64,000 nucleotides of DNA, from assembly GCA_018672055.1 (NCBI GenBank), contig JABHGM010000001.1, forward strand, positions 736,977 through 800,976. The letters are read 5' to 3'. Under the pieces are notes generated by a model. That model did not search any database. It was not told the origin of the DNA and saw nothing but the letters and a program-made list of their open reading frames with translations. Shown here in pieces: positions 6,585-16,778 of this stretch (positions are counted from its first letter, which is position 1; each line of letters begins with the position of its first letter). Both the position numbers and the translations under genes were made by a program. Origin of the DNA: a bacterium. Its GTDB lineage: Bacteria; Patescibacteriota; Patescibacteriia; UBA1558; UBA10009.

Positions 6585-9503
6585 TTATATTAATTTACCC
6601 TTAGCATTTGCTTCTGTAACTTTAGCTAATTCACAAATTTCACTTATTGAAGCATTGTTATCTTTTAGTCCATAAAAATGATTTTGACCTAACAAAATAT
6701 ATATCCATTTTCTTTCCATTCTATCTTTTGGATTTAATTTATTTATCCTTTTAACCCAATCAAGTGTTGCTAATTGTTTTTGTTTAACATTCAAATCATT
6801 TAAATCTTTATCCGATTTTGTTTCAATCAAATAAATTTTTTCTTTTGTTTTCACTATGAAATCTGGATAATATAATGATAATAAGCCGTCAGTTCTAATA
6901 TAAGTTATATGTGCGAATGGATGACGATATTCATCAATTTTTATAAAACTTTCAACTTTTGAATCTCCGTCGATATATTCAATAAAATCTTTTTCAAGAC
7001 CTCCTTTATTTGATGGAAATGGTAGTCTTTCATAAATACTTTTAGCTACCTTTAAAGAAAAGCTTTCTCTCATTTTCATTTCCGTAATTTCTGAAAAATT
7101 TTGTTTTCTTACAATCCCTTCGCTAGATTCTATGCTACTCTGCATTTCAAAAATTAGTTTTCCAACTTCTTTTACAATATGCTGAGTAACGATTCCATTT
7201 TTTAATAAGAGAACTTTCCAATTACTGCCATCAAATGGATCAAACCTTTTACCAAACAATTTTGTTCTAATATATTTATCAATAGTTTTTACTAAGTTTA
7301 TATTGTTTATTTGCATAGTAGGAAAAGCTCTAGCAGCTTTTCTACCAATACGTCCCATCCTATTCACTACTGTATTTAAAACTTTTTCTAAATATTCATT
7401 ATAACTTTGTGAATTGAATAAATTTGCATTTACTATATAATCACCAAATCTTGTTTTTACAGTAACCTCTTCTGAAAAAAATGATTCACCATCTTTTTTA
7501 AAAAATTGTTGCAGCTGTTCTAATTTAAAAGCCTCAAATTTTTCTAATTTATCTAGTTTCAAATCTGTAGATTTTAACTCCTCATCTGAATCTTTAACTA
7601 TATATGGCCAAAACAAATCATATTTTTCATAACCATCTTTAAGTTTAACTTTTATTAAATCTCCAACTACATCTGAACCAGAAGTAATTTCTACATTAGA
7701 CTCACCAATCAAACCTTCTGCTAAGAGATCGTCATAAAATTGAACAAAAGATGGATGTTCAATAATCGATAATATATCTAAATAATTAGTTGGCTCCTGT
7801 TTATCTAATAATAATTTTTTTCGATTCTCATTTTTAATATCCTGAAATTCTGGATCCCTCCACATCAAACGTAAACCTCTTCCAATTGTTTGCTCTAATA
7901 ATATTGGTGCATCAGAAGCTCTTAAAGGTACTATTACACATATATTATTCACATCAAAACCTTCTCTAAGCATCAAAACAGAAACTACTACTCTAGGATT
8001 TTTATGTTTATCCATATTAAACAGCCTTTGTTTAATATCAAACCATTCTTTTTCTGGCACTTCACCTTTTTTATTAGAGTCAATTTGCATGACCTCTTCT
8101 ACTTTTAATCCTTCTTGAATTAAAAATTCTGTTACTAAAGGTGTAACTTTAGTATCCTCGCACATTACCATCATTTTAGGATGCTTATTACTCTCTCCTT
8201 TTTCATCCCCAAAAAATTCTACAAAATGTTTTTCTAACTTGTTCAATTTTTTTAATCCAGCTCTTAACATTAATCTTTGACCATCTGATAAATCTATGGG
8301 TTTATTACCCTCTCTTATAGCTTTAAATTCTAATGGTAATTCTGCAATCTCCTTTCTTTTATCAATTGCTATAATTTTTACCATTCCTTTTTGAATTGCT
8401 GTTTTTAATTCAAAATCAACAATAATATAAGGAAAAAAATGTTTTGTTCTTTTTTGCCCACTTCCGGTAGTATCATAGGGCGTTGCAGAAAAATCGACTT
8501 GCATCATCTTTTTCTCTTTTCCAGCTGTAATTTGATTTAAACTTTTCTGCCATTCTACTTCTTGTATTTCTCCATAACTTTTATTTTCATGAATATGATG
8601 AGCTTCATCATTCATAATTACTAAATCATCTAAATCTACTAAATACTCTAACTCTTTACCTCTAGCATAAGCAGCATCTAAAGCTCTTAAATCATTGCCA
8701 GTTGCTTTTCCTGGGCTTATTGGCATAATGTCACGAATTATAGAACTTGGATTTTCTAATGGACTATTTAATTCTTCATCTAATTTTTCTTTTTCTAAAA
8801 ATAAATGCCAATTAGTAATACCTATCATTCCATCACCTGTAACTTTTGTTCCAATTTCCTCCTTCTTAGCTACACTACCTTGAATAAAACCAAATAACTC
8901 ATCTCTATAACTTGGTGGTATAAAAACATCTTGAAATAAATAAAAATCAGATTTCTCAAATTCTCTTTCACCTTTATTATTTTCTTTTCCTAAAAATGCA
9001 TCTAATAGTCTCTCGTAAACTATTAATCCAGGTGCAACCAAAAGAAAATTCTTTGAATATCTATTAGTTTTTTCTTCCTCATATTTAGCGTTTAAGTATT
9101 GCCAAATCATTAAAGCGTGCATAACCCAAGTTTTACCCGTACCTGTAGCCATCTTAATGGCATATTTGGGAATTTCATATTTTGGTTTTTTTAATTCTAC
9201 TGAATTAATTTCTAACAGCAATTCTGAATTAATATTCTGATATATATCTACCACTGATGTAGTTTTTAAAATTTCATGAAGGTAAATCACATTCAAAATT
9301 GCTTGCTTCTGACCTTCGTGAAAATTTATTTTACGAGTATCAATATGTGGCTCCTTAAACCAAAAATTTAAAAGATCTTTAGTAATAGGAGAAACCTTCG
9401 ATATAATTTCCCCGCTATCCCAAAATCCTAAAACTACTTCAGTTATATTTTTAGCTAATTTTAATGGAATATCTCGCGTTCCTATATTTAATGGTGTTGG
9501 CAT
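6585..9503 (-). CDS. res: Type III restriction endonuclease Res subunit (SF2 DEAH helicase plus C-terminal PD-ExK endonuclease).
   Basis: Walker A MATGTGKT, DEAH box (IMNDEAHHI). C-terminal YYPDF...IYLIETK endonuclease motif. Lies directly downstream of mod, the Type III arrangement. Confidence 0.8.
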   Translation of the reverse strand: MPTPLNIGTRDIPLKLAKNITEVVLGFWDSGEIISKVSPITKDLLNFWFKEPHIDTRKINFHEGQKQAILNVIYLHEILKTTSVVDIYQNINSELLLEINSVELKKPKYEIPKYAIKMATGTGKTWVMHALMIWQYLNAKYEEEKTNRYSKNFLLVAPGLIVYERLLDAFLGKENNKGEREFEKSDFYLFQDVFIPPSYRDELFGFIQGSVAKKEEIGTKVTGDGMIGITNWHLFLEKEKLDEELNSPLENPSSIIRDIMPISPGKATGNDLRALDAAYARGKELEYLVDLDDLVIMNDEAHHIHENKSYGEIQEVEWQKSLNQITAGKEKKMMQVDFSATPYDTTGSGQKRTKHFFPYIIVDFELKTAIQKGMVKIIAIDKRKEIAELPLEFKAIREGNKPIDLSDGQRLMLRAGLKKLNKLEKHFVEFFGDEKGESNKHPKMMVMCEDTKVTPLVTEFLIQEGLKVEEVMQIDSNKKGEVPEKEWFDIKQRLFNMDKHKNPRVVVSVLMLREGFDVNNICVIVPLRASDAPILLEQTIGRGLRLMWRDPEFQDIKNENRKKLLLDKQEPTNYLDILSIIEHPSFVQFYDDLLAEGLIGESNVEITSGSDVVGDLIKVKLKDGYEKYDLFWPYIVKDSDEELKSTDLKLDKLEKFEAFKLEQLQQFFKKDGESFFSEEVTVKTRFGDYIVNANLFNSQSYNEYLEKVLNTVVNRMGRIGRKAARAFPTMQINNINLVKTIDKYIRTKLFGKRFDPFDGSNWKVLLLKNGIVTQHIVKEVGKLIFEMQSSIESSEGIVRKQNFSEITEMKMRESFSLKVAKSIYERLPFPSNKGGLEKDFIEYIDGDSKVESFIKIDEYRHPFAHITYIRTDGLLSLYYPDFIVKTKEKIYLIETKSDKDLNDLNVKQKQLATLDWVKRINKLNPKDRMERKWIYILLGQNHFYGLKDNNASISEICELAKVTEANAKGKLI

Positions 9504-9514
9504 ATAATTTTGAT

Positions 9515-11095
9515 TTATAATTCTTCTATTACAATGCTTTCAAAACCAAAAACATCTACTGCTTTAACACATACTTTTCTTTTTGATTTTTTAGGCACTC
9601 TTAATGTAGTTTTTTTTATTACATGATATGGATCATTATCATTCTCTATATTTTCTCTATAATCTTGCCATTTGCTCCTAAATGTTTTACCGTCATAATC
9701 TGGATCAATACTCCAATATTCAATAAGGCTTAAAGGATCGCTAGATATAATTTCTTGTAGCTTCTCTTTGTCTTTATCGTCTAATGGTATATTGTCTGGG
9801 GACAACAAAACATAATTTTCTAATTCAATATTTATAACCTCCTCGTCCTTTTTACCCCCTACTTCTAATTGAATAGGTTTTATAGTTAAATATTGTAACG
9901 ATGAAAATCTAACTTTTCCACTATCAACTAGCTTATCATAACCTTTCTTACTTTTTAGTGTGTCTAATAAATCTGGAGGAATTACTAAAACCTCTAATTT
10001 ATCATCATTTAAGCTTTGAATAGCTTGAGTAATATCATAAGTAAAATTCCAGCCTAAAACTATGACCTTTTTCCACCCGCCCATAAATGAATTACGTAAT
10101 TCCATAGCTTTTTGTAAAGTATTTAAGCCAGTTAATTTATTAGGAGAATCAACAAAAATCAAAGTTTTAGAATCCTTGATATAACCTATATTCCTAATAT
10201 AACTATCTTCATCTTTAAAGGGAATTGCACCATACAATTGCAAAACTACATGAGATAAATCACCTATTCTTTTATATAATTTTGAAGAGGCTAAAACTTC
10301 CTTTTGATAATCTCCTATAGATTGATATAAAAATGGTTTTGTATCTTCGTCAATAAATCTTTTTCTAGAAATTAAATTAGCTGGCTTCCCTATATCAGAT
10401 ATAATCCACCTTCTATTTAATTTTTCAGAAACCGAACCTATAGTTCCAGAACCTGCAAAAAAATCAGCAACAATAGAATTTTCATTCGAAGATGATTCTA
10501 TTATCCGTTGAATAAGTGATTCTGGTTTTTGAGTTTTATAGTTTTTATTTTCAGAACTCATTGGATTAAGCATACTAACATACCATACATCTCCAACTCT
10601 CCTGCCTTTGAACTCCGCTATAATATCATCTTCAACTGGCTCTCTATCGTGTAATTTTATAAACTTTTTCAAATAAGGTTTAAATTTTCCATCATCATAA
10701 GGTGCATTATTTGCAAATATTTTACCATCTTTAATATAATTCTCCCATCTTTTTATTACACCACTATCTGTTCTTTCTTTTTCATAAAGAATATTAAAAA
10801 TAGCATTTTGACTTTTTGTATAATAAAAAATCATCTGACTTCTTTTTGGAAAATTATTTTCACTTTCCACCCACGACCCTTGATATTCCCAAGTAATATG
10901 TGATCCAAAATTATTTTTACCAAAAATATCATCCAACAATAATTTTACATAGTGACCAACATGCCAATCTATATGTACATATATGGATCCTTTGTCTGAT
11001 AATAATTCTTTCATTAAAGCAAGTCTAGGATACAACATTTTAAGATATGAGACCGTCCCTTCTCTCCAGGTATCAGAATATGCAAATTGTTCCAT
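9515..11095 (-). CDS. mod: Type III N6-adenine DNA methyltransferase Mod, C-terminal portion. In frame with 11108..11476 but separated from it by a TAG stop.
   Basis: [62 protein letters not shown] parallels the region after DPPY in Type III Mod proteins. Later FAGSGT (SAM-binding motif I). Confidence 0.75.
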   Translation of the reverse strand: MEQFAYSDTWREGTVSYLKMLYPRLALMKELLSDKGSIYVHIDWHVGHYVKLLLDDIFGKNNFGSHITWEYQGSWVESENNFPKRSQMIFYYTKSQNAIFNILYEKERTDSGVIKRWENYIKDGKIFANNAPYDDGKFKPYLKKFIKLHDREPVEDDIIAEFKGRRVGDVWYVSMLNPMSSENKNYKTQKPESLIQRIIESSSNENSIVADFFAGSGTIGSVSEKLNRRWIISDIGKPANLISRKRFIDEDTKPFLYQSIGDYQKEVLASSKLYKRIGDLSHVVLQLYGAIPFKDEDSYIRNIGYIKDSKTLIFVDSPNKLTGLNTLQKAMELRNSFMGGWKKVIVLGWNFTYDITQAIQSLNDDKLEVLVIPPDLLDTLKSKKGYDKLVDSGKVRFSSLQYLTIKPIQLEVGGKKDEEVINIELENYVLLSPDNIPLDDKDKEKLQEIISSDPLSLIEYWSIDPDYDGKTFRSKWQDYRENIENDNDPYHVIKKTTLRVPKKSKRKVCVKAVDVFGFESIVIEEL

Positions 11096-11107
11096 AGTAG
11101 TAGGTTT

Positions 11108-11476
11108 CTACTCCAAATCTTTTCCTTTTAATTTAATCTTGATTCTATAATCAGCTTTAGAATCGAACGGTGGATCAATATATATAAGATCTATCTTGCC
11201 TCTTAAAGAATCTAAATTACTAGCTGGATCACCAGCTAGTAAAGCTTGGATTACTAGTAAATTATCTCCATAAATTAAACGATTAATCCAATCGACTTCT
11301 GATTCCTCAGGCATTCTCCCACTAAACAAACCAGCGGAGTCCTTAGCTGGTAAAACCAATTCATTTGTTTGTAATGTAAGTTTGCTTTTACTAGATAACC
11401 TTTCTAATATCTGTTCTACCTCTTTTTTACCCTCTTTTACGATCTTTGGTAATTCTTCTATTAAAGATTTTGTCAT
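11108..11476 (-). pseudogene. mod: Type III Mod, N-terminal portion ending right after catalytic motif IV (DPPF). An in-frame TAG at 11108-11110 separates it from the rest of mod.
   Basis: IDLIYIDPPFDSKADY (DPPF motif). Same reading frame as 9515..11095, with only 4 codons between the TAG and the downstream ATG. Confidence 0.65.
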
Positions 11477-11537
11477 ATAATATAAATTTATTTATTTACT
11501 CTTATTTTTCCACTTTTTACCTAAGTTGTCAATAAAA

Positions 11538-11566
11538 ACAGAGTTTTACTCTGTTTTTATATTATA
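11538..11566 (-). terminator. Intrinsic terminator after the 813-aa gene. A probable mod promoter (TTGACA) follows on the minus strand.
   Basis: AAAAACAGAGTTTTACTCTGTTTTT hairpin with a T-run on the minus strand. Confidence 0.45.
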
Positions 11567-11722
11567 ATTAACTAAATTATTAATTAGTATCTGATTCATT
11601 TTTTAGTATAAAAGCTTGTTTATCATTTTTCTCATTAAATATACATGATGGTTCTAACATATGAAAATGCCACTTCTTACCTTCTTTATGTAGCTTATAT
11701 GCTATTTCTTTTATTTTATTTT

Positions 11723-11795
11723 ATTTATATTTACTTCTTTCATTCTTTTAAGGATTTAAGCGGATTTGGTTGGTTTTTTATGTTTTTCTTTTTGA
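11723..11795. repeat. Conserved repeat, copy 4, overlapping the stop codon of the 813-aa gene.
   Basis: ATATTTACTTCTTTCATTCTTTTAAGGATTTAAGCGGATTTGGTTGGTTTTTTATGTTTTTCTTTTTG is about 90% identical to 4168..4240. Confidence 0.7.
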
Positions 11796-14219
11796 TTTAG
11801 ATTTGTTTAATTTTTTCTTTCTTTTTCTTTCCCATTCTTCGTGCCACTCTGTATGCCAAGAAGGCATTTTCAAATAAATTTGTTGCGTGGCATTGCATAG
11901 ATTAATAAGACCTGGTATACGATCATGTTCTTTCTTTGTTTTTTTATCCCAGCAATAAGGTGGTCCCAATTGATTTAATAACTCATTACCAGTTAAAATT
12001 AAAACAGGATTAATAGGTCTTTCTGACTTCCAATATTTTCTTCCTGATTTAGTGATTTTTTTTAGTTCTATAATTTCATTTCTTGTTAGTGATTTTCGTA
12101 AAGTACTAAAAACTAATATAGCGCCTGGAAAAGTTTTTGCTAGATATCGCATTCTTGTAAAATCTTTTTTTTCAAACATTCCATATGTTTTGCACTCACT
12201 AAACAATAAGCCATCTTTTTTCTGACCGTAAACTGAATCCTGCCAAAATGCTGCAAAATCTGCTTCTATATTTTCTTTGTCAGCAGTAATAGCAGAAAAA
12301 CTTAATAATGGTGTTATACGCATCGTGGTCATTTTATATTCATTGAAAAAATCTAGTGCTAAAAGAACTGCATAAGCACCTTCTGCATAATTCGGTATAC
12401 TAAATGGTCCAACAGTCTTATAACACCATATAGAGTTTTCTAAATTACCAATAGCAGAAAAATCATTGAGACATAATTGACACAAAAAGTTATTACTAAT
12501 TTTTTCAAGCTCAAACCAGGACTTTCTTGAACAATATGGACATTTAATACGTATCCCTAATTTAAATACTCCTTTTTCAACTAAATAATTATGTAACTTG
12601 TCACCTCTTGTTTTATCACTCAATCTTCTTTTTATTTCGCCAATTGGCATTTCTCTTTCTTGATTGATCTTATTATTTGCTTTTGGACTTCCAGCTATAT
12701 TTACACTACCACCATTCATATGCTCAAAAATGTTTAGTAGCTTTTCATTTTTTAAAGTTGATAAATAACCATTAAGTTGTTTATGAATTTGCTTTGCTAA
12801 TTTTCCTGAAGACGATAATTTTGGTTCCCATCCTAAATCTTTCAGCCAAGCAATAACAATATTTTCAGATAATGGAATATTTATTGTTTCGTTAGAATTA
12901 TCTTCAACAAGTCTCACGAGTCCGTTATTTCCAACTCGCCAATTACCTCGTAAAGCCATAAGGCCAGATATCTCTCGTATAAAATTTTTAGCAGAAGATT
13001 TAGGAAAAACTTCTGCAATATATTCATCTGCACCATAAAAACTAAATATAACTTCATTTGCACAACGTGGATTTCCATGATAACTGTATTTATCAGCAAA
13101 ATCTGGCAGTAAAGTAGTGAATCTTATATTATTTTTCAAATCTGCAACATCAAATGATTCTTCTTGACTACCATATATATTGTCTGGTATTGCACCATCT
13201 TTATCACGAGCCCACTCATCCCAAACCCTTGGATACCAATGTTGTAGTACGTAAAAACTATCTTTAGATAGGTCATTAGAATCTGGTTTTATTTTTATGG
13301 TCTTTGCAAAATTTTCAACCTCCTCCATCGTACAATTACGTGATCTGATAATTGAAGCCCTATCACAAACGGTCGGATTATGTTTCCATGGACGACGATA
13401 CATTTTTAAAAAATTAATAACAATTTTTTTTATTACAGGCTCACTCTTCATCTGTTTTGCTACAGGCATCACCACTCTACCCATTGCCCTTAAATTCCAA
13501 TAATCAACTATATCTTCAACCTTGTTTGCATCCATAAAGTAAATACAAGCATCTCTACCAAAACGTGTATGGCTATTATTATTTATTTTGTGTAGCGTAA
13601 TTCTACGTGGAAACAAAATATTGTTCTTTAACATTTTATTTAAATTTTTAATTTCAAATTTTGGAGTCTCTATTTCAAGTGGTCCATAATAATGTTTTTT
13701 TAAATTTGGAATTACCTCAGGTAAAATTTCACCAAAAAAACTAGACCAAAATAAAGAATATTTTCTTGGTAATTCAGGAAATGCAATTTTCATTGGATAT
13801 TTCATTTTATATTTAAAGTCTTGTTCAAAAATATCATCTAATATTTCATAAATACCAAGCCCATATGAAGGGATTAAATTAAAATCTTCATTTATATTAT
13901 CCCAAATTTCATTTGATTTTATAATTTTTAAACCACTATCAACAATATATTTAGGAACTGATTTTGATAATTGTATAAGAATATCCGGATCAAATGCATC
14001 AAGATAACCGAGTATTACATCTTTTGCTAAAGGAGCTTTTATGGTTCCATCTTTCCATGTAGCAGGCATTATTTTATATAATTGTATAATTGGAAAAAAA
14101 GATCCCCCCCACAAAGTTGAGCTTAATTGAATTGCCTTTTTAACTTGTGTCGAACTTTTTGGATCAACTAAAAAAGCAATTTTCAATGGCCTAGTTTTAA
14201 TATTAATTGTACCTATCAT
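11778..14219 (-). CDS. Large cytoplasmic protein of unknown function with an internal zinc ribbon and a basic C-terminal tail.
   Basis: 813 aa with no TM and no Walker motifs. CPYCSRKS...CQLC zinc-ribbon. C-terminal RKRKKKLNKSKSKRKT. Sits between the glycan cluster and the R-M operon with its own terminator. Confidence 0.5.
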   Translation of the reverse strand: MIGTINIKTRPLKIAFLVDPKSSTQVKKAIQLSSTLWGGSFFPIIQLYKIMPATWKDGTIKAPLAKDVILGYLDAFDPDILIQLSKSVPKYIVDSGLKIIKSNEIWDNINEDFNLIPSYGLGIYEILDDIFEQDFKYKMKYPMKIAFPELPRKYSLFWSSFFGEILPEVIPNLKKHYYGPLEIETPKFEIKNLNKMLKNNILFPRRITLHKINNNSHTRFGRDACIYFMDANKVEDIVDYWNLRAMGRVVMPVAKQMKSEPVIKKIVINFLKMYRRPWKHNPTVCDRASIIRSRNCTMEEVENFAKTIKIKPDSNDLSKDSFYVLQHWYPRVWDEWARDKDGAIPDNIYGSQEESFDVADLKNNIRFTTLLPDFADKYSYHGNPRCANEVIFSFYGADEYIAEVFPKSSAKNFIREISGLMALRGNWRVGNNGLVRLVEDNSNETINIPLSENIVIAWLKDLGWEPKLSSSGKLAKQIHKQLNGYLSTLKNEKLLNIFEHMNGGSVNIAGSPKANNKINQEREMPIGEIKRRLSDKTRGDKLHNYLVEKGVFKLGIRIKCPYCSRKSWFELEKISNNFLCQLCLNDFSAIGNLENSIWCYKTVGPFSIPNYAEGAYAVLLALDFFNEYKMTTMRITPLLSFSAITADKENIEADFAAFWQDSVYGQKKDGLLFSECKTYGMFEKKDFTRMRYLAKTFPGAILVFSTLRKSLTRNEIIELKKITKSGRKYWKSERPINPVLILTGNELLNQLGPPYCWDKKTKKEHDRIPGLINLCNATQQIYLKMPSWHTEWHEEWERKRKKKLNKSKSKRKT

Positions 14220-14319
14220 ACTTATAAATTGAATATATTATTATCAGAACCAGAGAAGGGTCATATTTCCTCTTATTAAATAAAAAATAATAGCTAATAC
14301 TATAAAATTGATATCCATA

Positions 14320-15726
14320 TCACAACCCAATAACCTCCCCATCCATATCATGAAGTACCTCTACATTAAAATGATTTAATATAGTAGGTGCATAATCTAA
14401 TATATTAATATCTTTCTTACTATTTAATACACCTTCACCATAAGCTAAGAATATACCTTTTTTTTCATTTTCACCAGTCCAATGGTCTGGAGCCTCAAAA
14501 ACATGTTTAGAGCCTAAAGAACCACTAAAATGAGTATGAGGAGCTTGATCTACTATTAAATCAGGAGCTTTACTTAAATCAGAAGACTTATATATTTCTT
14601 CCCGAGTAAATACCTTATTTACTATACTCATACCCTTATACTCTAATTCTTCTAACTCACGTATTAATTTATTCTTAAATTCTAAGTCTTTACTTAGTAA
14701 GTATATAGGGCCTTGACCAGAAGCAAAACATTTAGAATTATCCCAATCTATTTTATCTGCTTTACCTGCATACATTACTTGTCCTTCTTTATTTGGTATC
14801 ATTTCTTGTACTTTACGTGGTACTAGTTTTTTAGCTAGTTCTTTTAAATGTAGCTTAGTAAATAGTTTAATTAAAGATTCTCGGTTAATACCTATTTTTT
14901 CTAGTTTGGAACTAGTATTATCTTGTTTAATCTTTAAATAGCCTTTTTCTTGTAAATACGTATTAATATTGAATTTAAATTTAATTTCATTAGTACCATG
15001 ATCAGACATTAAAAAGAATAATCTATCTGGGTACTTAGTAATTAATGAATTAATACCCTCATCTATTATTTGCCAAGCTTTAAATACTTTATCATCTCCA
15101 TAGTGGTAATGCTGTAATACGTTTATTAAATAAACAGCTACCATAAAGAAATCAAAGTTACCTTCTTTTAAAAGATACTCAGCAACTTCAAAACGTACTT
15201 TAATTAGTCTATATATTTCATCTATTACTGAAGTCTCATCTTTTTTCATTAAACTAATATTCTGAGGTAATGCTCTATAATCAAATTTATTCTTTAAAAG
15301 CTTTTCTAAAGGTTCAGGATAGGTATACTTAGATTCCATAGCATCTGGGCCACCTGAAACCATTACTCCATTTATTTTATGTGGCGGATAAGTTGTAGGC
15401 ATATTTACAACGCCTACTCGGTAACCAGCATCGGATAAGTAATCAAATATTTCTTTACCTTTAAAATTGTCAGAAGAAGGTATATATATTTTTCTATTGG
15501 CTACATCTACGTTTTCCCACCAATAAACACCAAGTTTAGCTGGATTTAAACCTGTAGAAAAACATTTCCAATTTGGTGATGTTACTGGAGGAAGTTGTGA
15601 TTCTTGAATACCCCAAGTTCCTTGTGTCTGTAGTTTCTTAAATGTAGGTAGTTTATCTTCATCAATCCATTTTTGAATATAGTTCCAACTACCACCATCT
15701 AAACCTATTACTATTACTTTCTGCAT
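14320..15726 (-). CDS. Alkaline-phosphatase-superfamily enzyme (type I phosphodiesterase/nucleotide pyrophosphatase-like), last gene of the glycan operon.
   Basis: N-terminal IVIGLDGGSW metal-binding motif. SGGPDAM and LMSDHGTN motifs typical of the AlkP core. Overlaps the upstream GT gene by 13 nt. Confidence 0.55.
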   Translation of the reverse strand: MQKVIVIGLDGGSWNYIQKWIDEDKLPTFKKLQTQGTWGIQESQLPPVTSPNWKCFSTGLNPAKLGVYWWENVDVANRKIYIPSSDNFKGKEIFDYLSDAGYRVGVVNMPTTYPPHKINGVMVSGGPDAMESKYTYPEPLEKLLKNKFDYRALPQNISLMKKDETSVIDEIYRLIKVRFEVAEYLLKEGNFDFFMVAVYLINVLQHYHYGDDKVFKAWQIIDEGINSLITKYPDRLFFLMSDHGTNEIKFKFNINTYLQEKGYLKIKQDNTSSKLEKIGINRESLIKLFTKLHLKELAKKLVPRKVQEMIPNKEGQVMYAGKADKIDWDNSKCFASGQGPIYLLSKDLEFKNKLIRELEELEYKGMSIVNKVFTREEIYKSSDLSKAPDLIVDQAPHTHFSGSLGSKHVFEAPDHWTGENEKKGIFLAYGEGVLNSKKDINILDYAPTILNHFNVEVLHDMDGEVIGL

Positions 15727-16778
15727 ACTTTAGTAAAAATATTTATTATCTTATCTATTAAATTATATATATTATGGTTATCTATTACAATCTGTCTTAA
15801 AGCTTTACCTGTATTAATACGTTTATCTCTAGGTAACAAAGTAACTTCTTCTAATTTAGAAGCTAACTCTTTATAATTACCATGTTCAAACTGACATAAA
15901 GGAAAATCTTTTAAAATATCGCTATAACCTATATTTGAATTTATTACATATGTACCACATGACATAGCTTCTAAAACTGTTTTATCTAAACTTTTAGTAT
16001 TACCTGTATTTATAAATATATCTGCTTGCTTGTACTTAGTTACTATTTCTTTAAAAGGTATTGAACCTAAAAATTTAATATTTGGAGTAGCTATTTCTTT
16101 TAATTTATTTAAATATGCTTCTTGCGAAGTAAGACCAATGTCTCCTACTATTTCAATATTTAAATTAATTCCTTTTGTGCTTAATATTTTATCTGCTTCA
16201 ATAAGAGTTTCTATATTCTTAACAGGTGAAATTCTACCAACCCATAATACTTTTTTAACTTGTTCGTTACTTTCAGTAAAAGAAAACATATCTGTATCTA
16301 TGCCTTGTCCTGTTATAATACGTTTCTTAGTATTAATTGGAAAACCAGATTCAGATGAGGTTATTATATTCTTTACTAAGTATCTTGCAATTTTAGATTT
16401 AAAACTTAAGTTACCATGAGCTTTCCACCAAACAATTGGTTTTCTATATATAAAAGCAAGAGGCCAAATAAGTAATACGAATATTTCGCTCATGTGAACG
16501 AATATTACATCTACTTCCTTATTTCTAAATAAAGGTATTAACTTTGCGTAGAAGTTACGTATCTTACCTCTTTTGCCTTCACCTCTTTCTTTACCTAGAG
16601 ATATAACATTTATATTACTTTCTATACCAAGTGTCTCCCCTTTTTCTAAACAAACTGCGTTTACTTTTTGTGCACGTTTAGCAATTAAGTTAAGCCATTT
16701 AAAAAAAACAGATAGTATTGGATCTGAAGTGCCTACTTTTTGAGTAATGTATAATATTTTTAAATTGCTTTCTGCCAT
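15714..16778 (-). CDS. Glycosyltransferase, GT4 family (group 1).
   Basis: C-terminal EAMSCGTYVINSNIGY...(E-x7-E region) typical of GT-B/GT4. Translationally coupled to its neighbours. Confidence 0.65.
   Translation of the reverse strand: MAESNLKILYITQKVGTSDPILSVFFKWLNLIAKRAQKVNAVCLEKGETLGIESNINVISLGKERGEGKRGKIRNFYAKLIPLFRNKEVDVIFVHMSEIFVLLIWPLAFIYRKPIVWWKAHGNLSFKSKIARYLVKNIITSSESGFPINTKKRIITGQGIDTDMFSFTESNEQVKKVLWVGRISPVKNIETLIEADKILSTKGINLNIEIVGDIGLTSQEAYLNKLKEIATPNIKFLGSIPFKEIVTKYKQADIFINTGNTKSLDKTVLEAMSCGTYVINSNIGYSDILKDFPLCQFEHGNYKELASKLEEVTLLPRDKRINTGKALRQIVIDNHNIYNLIDKIINIFTKVCRK

Noticed and set aside
8695-8883. 62-aa plus-strand ORF inside res
   Set aside because: Antisense to the well-supported res CDS. 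No motifs.
11580-11720. Possible ~40-aa ORF (…IAYKLHKEGKKWHFHMLEPSCIFNEKNDKQAFILKNESDTN) in the mod upstream region
   Set aside because: No convincing start or RBS. It overlaps the terminator and promoter region and is probably non-coding.
12914-13503. Two short ORFs (12914..13099 minus, 13297..13503 plus) inside the 813-aa gene
   Set aside because: Nested or antisense within a long uninterrupted ORF. Shadow ORFs.
14320-15726. AlkP-superfamily protein as a BREX PglZ-like defense component
   Set aside because: It is far shorter than PglZ. Its motifs match the type I phosphodiesterase/nucleotide-pyrophosphatase family. It is translationally coupled to the glycosyltransferase operon, and no BrxC/PglX-type partners are present.
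16030-16419. 129-aa plus-strand ORF
   Set aside because: Antisense to the GT4 gene 15714..16778.
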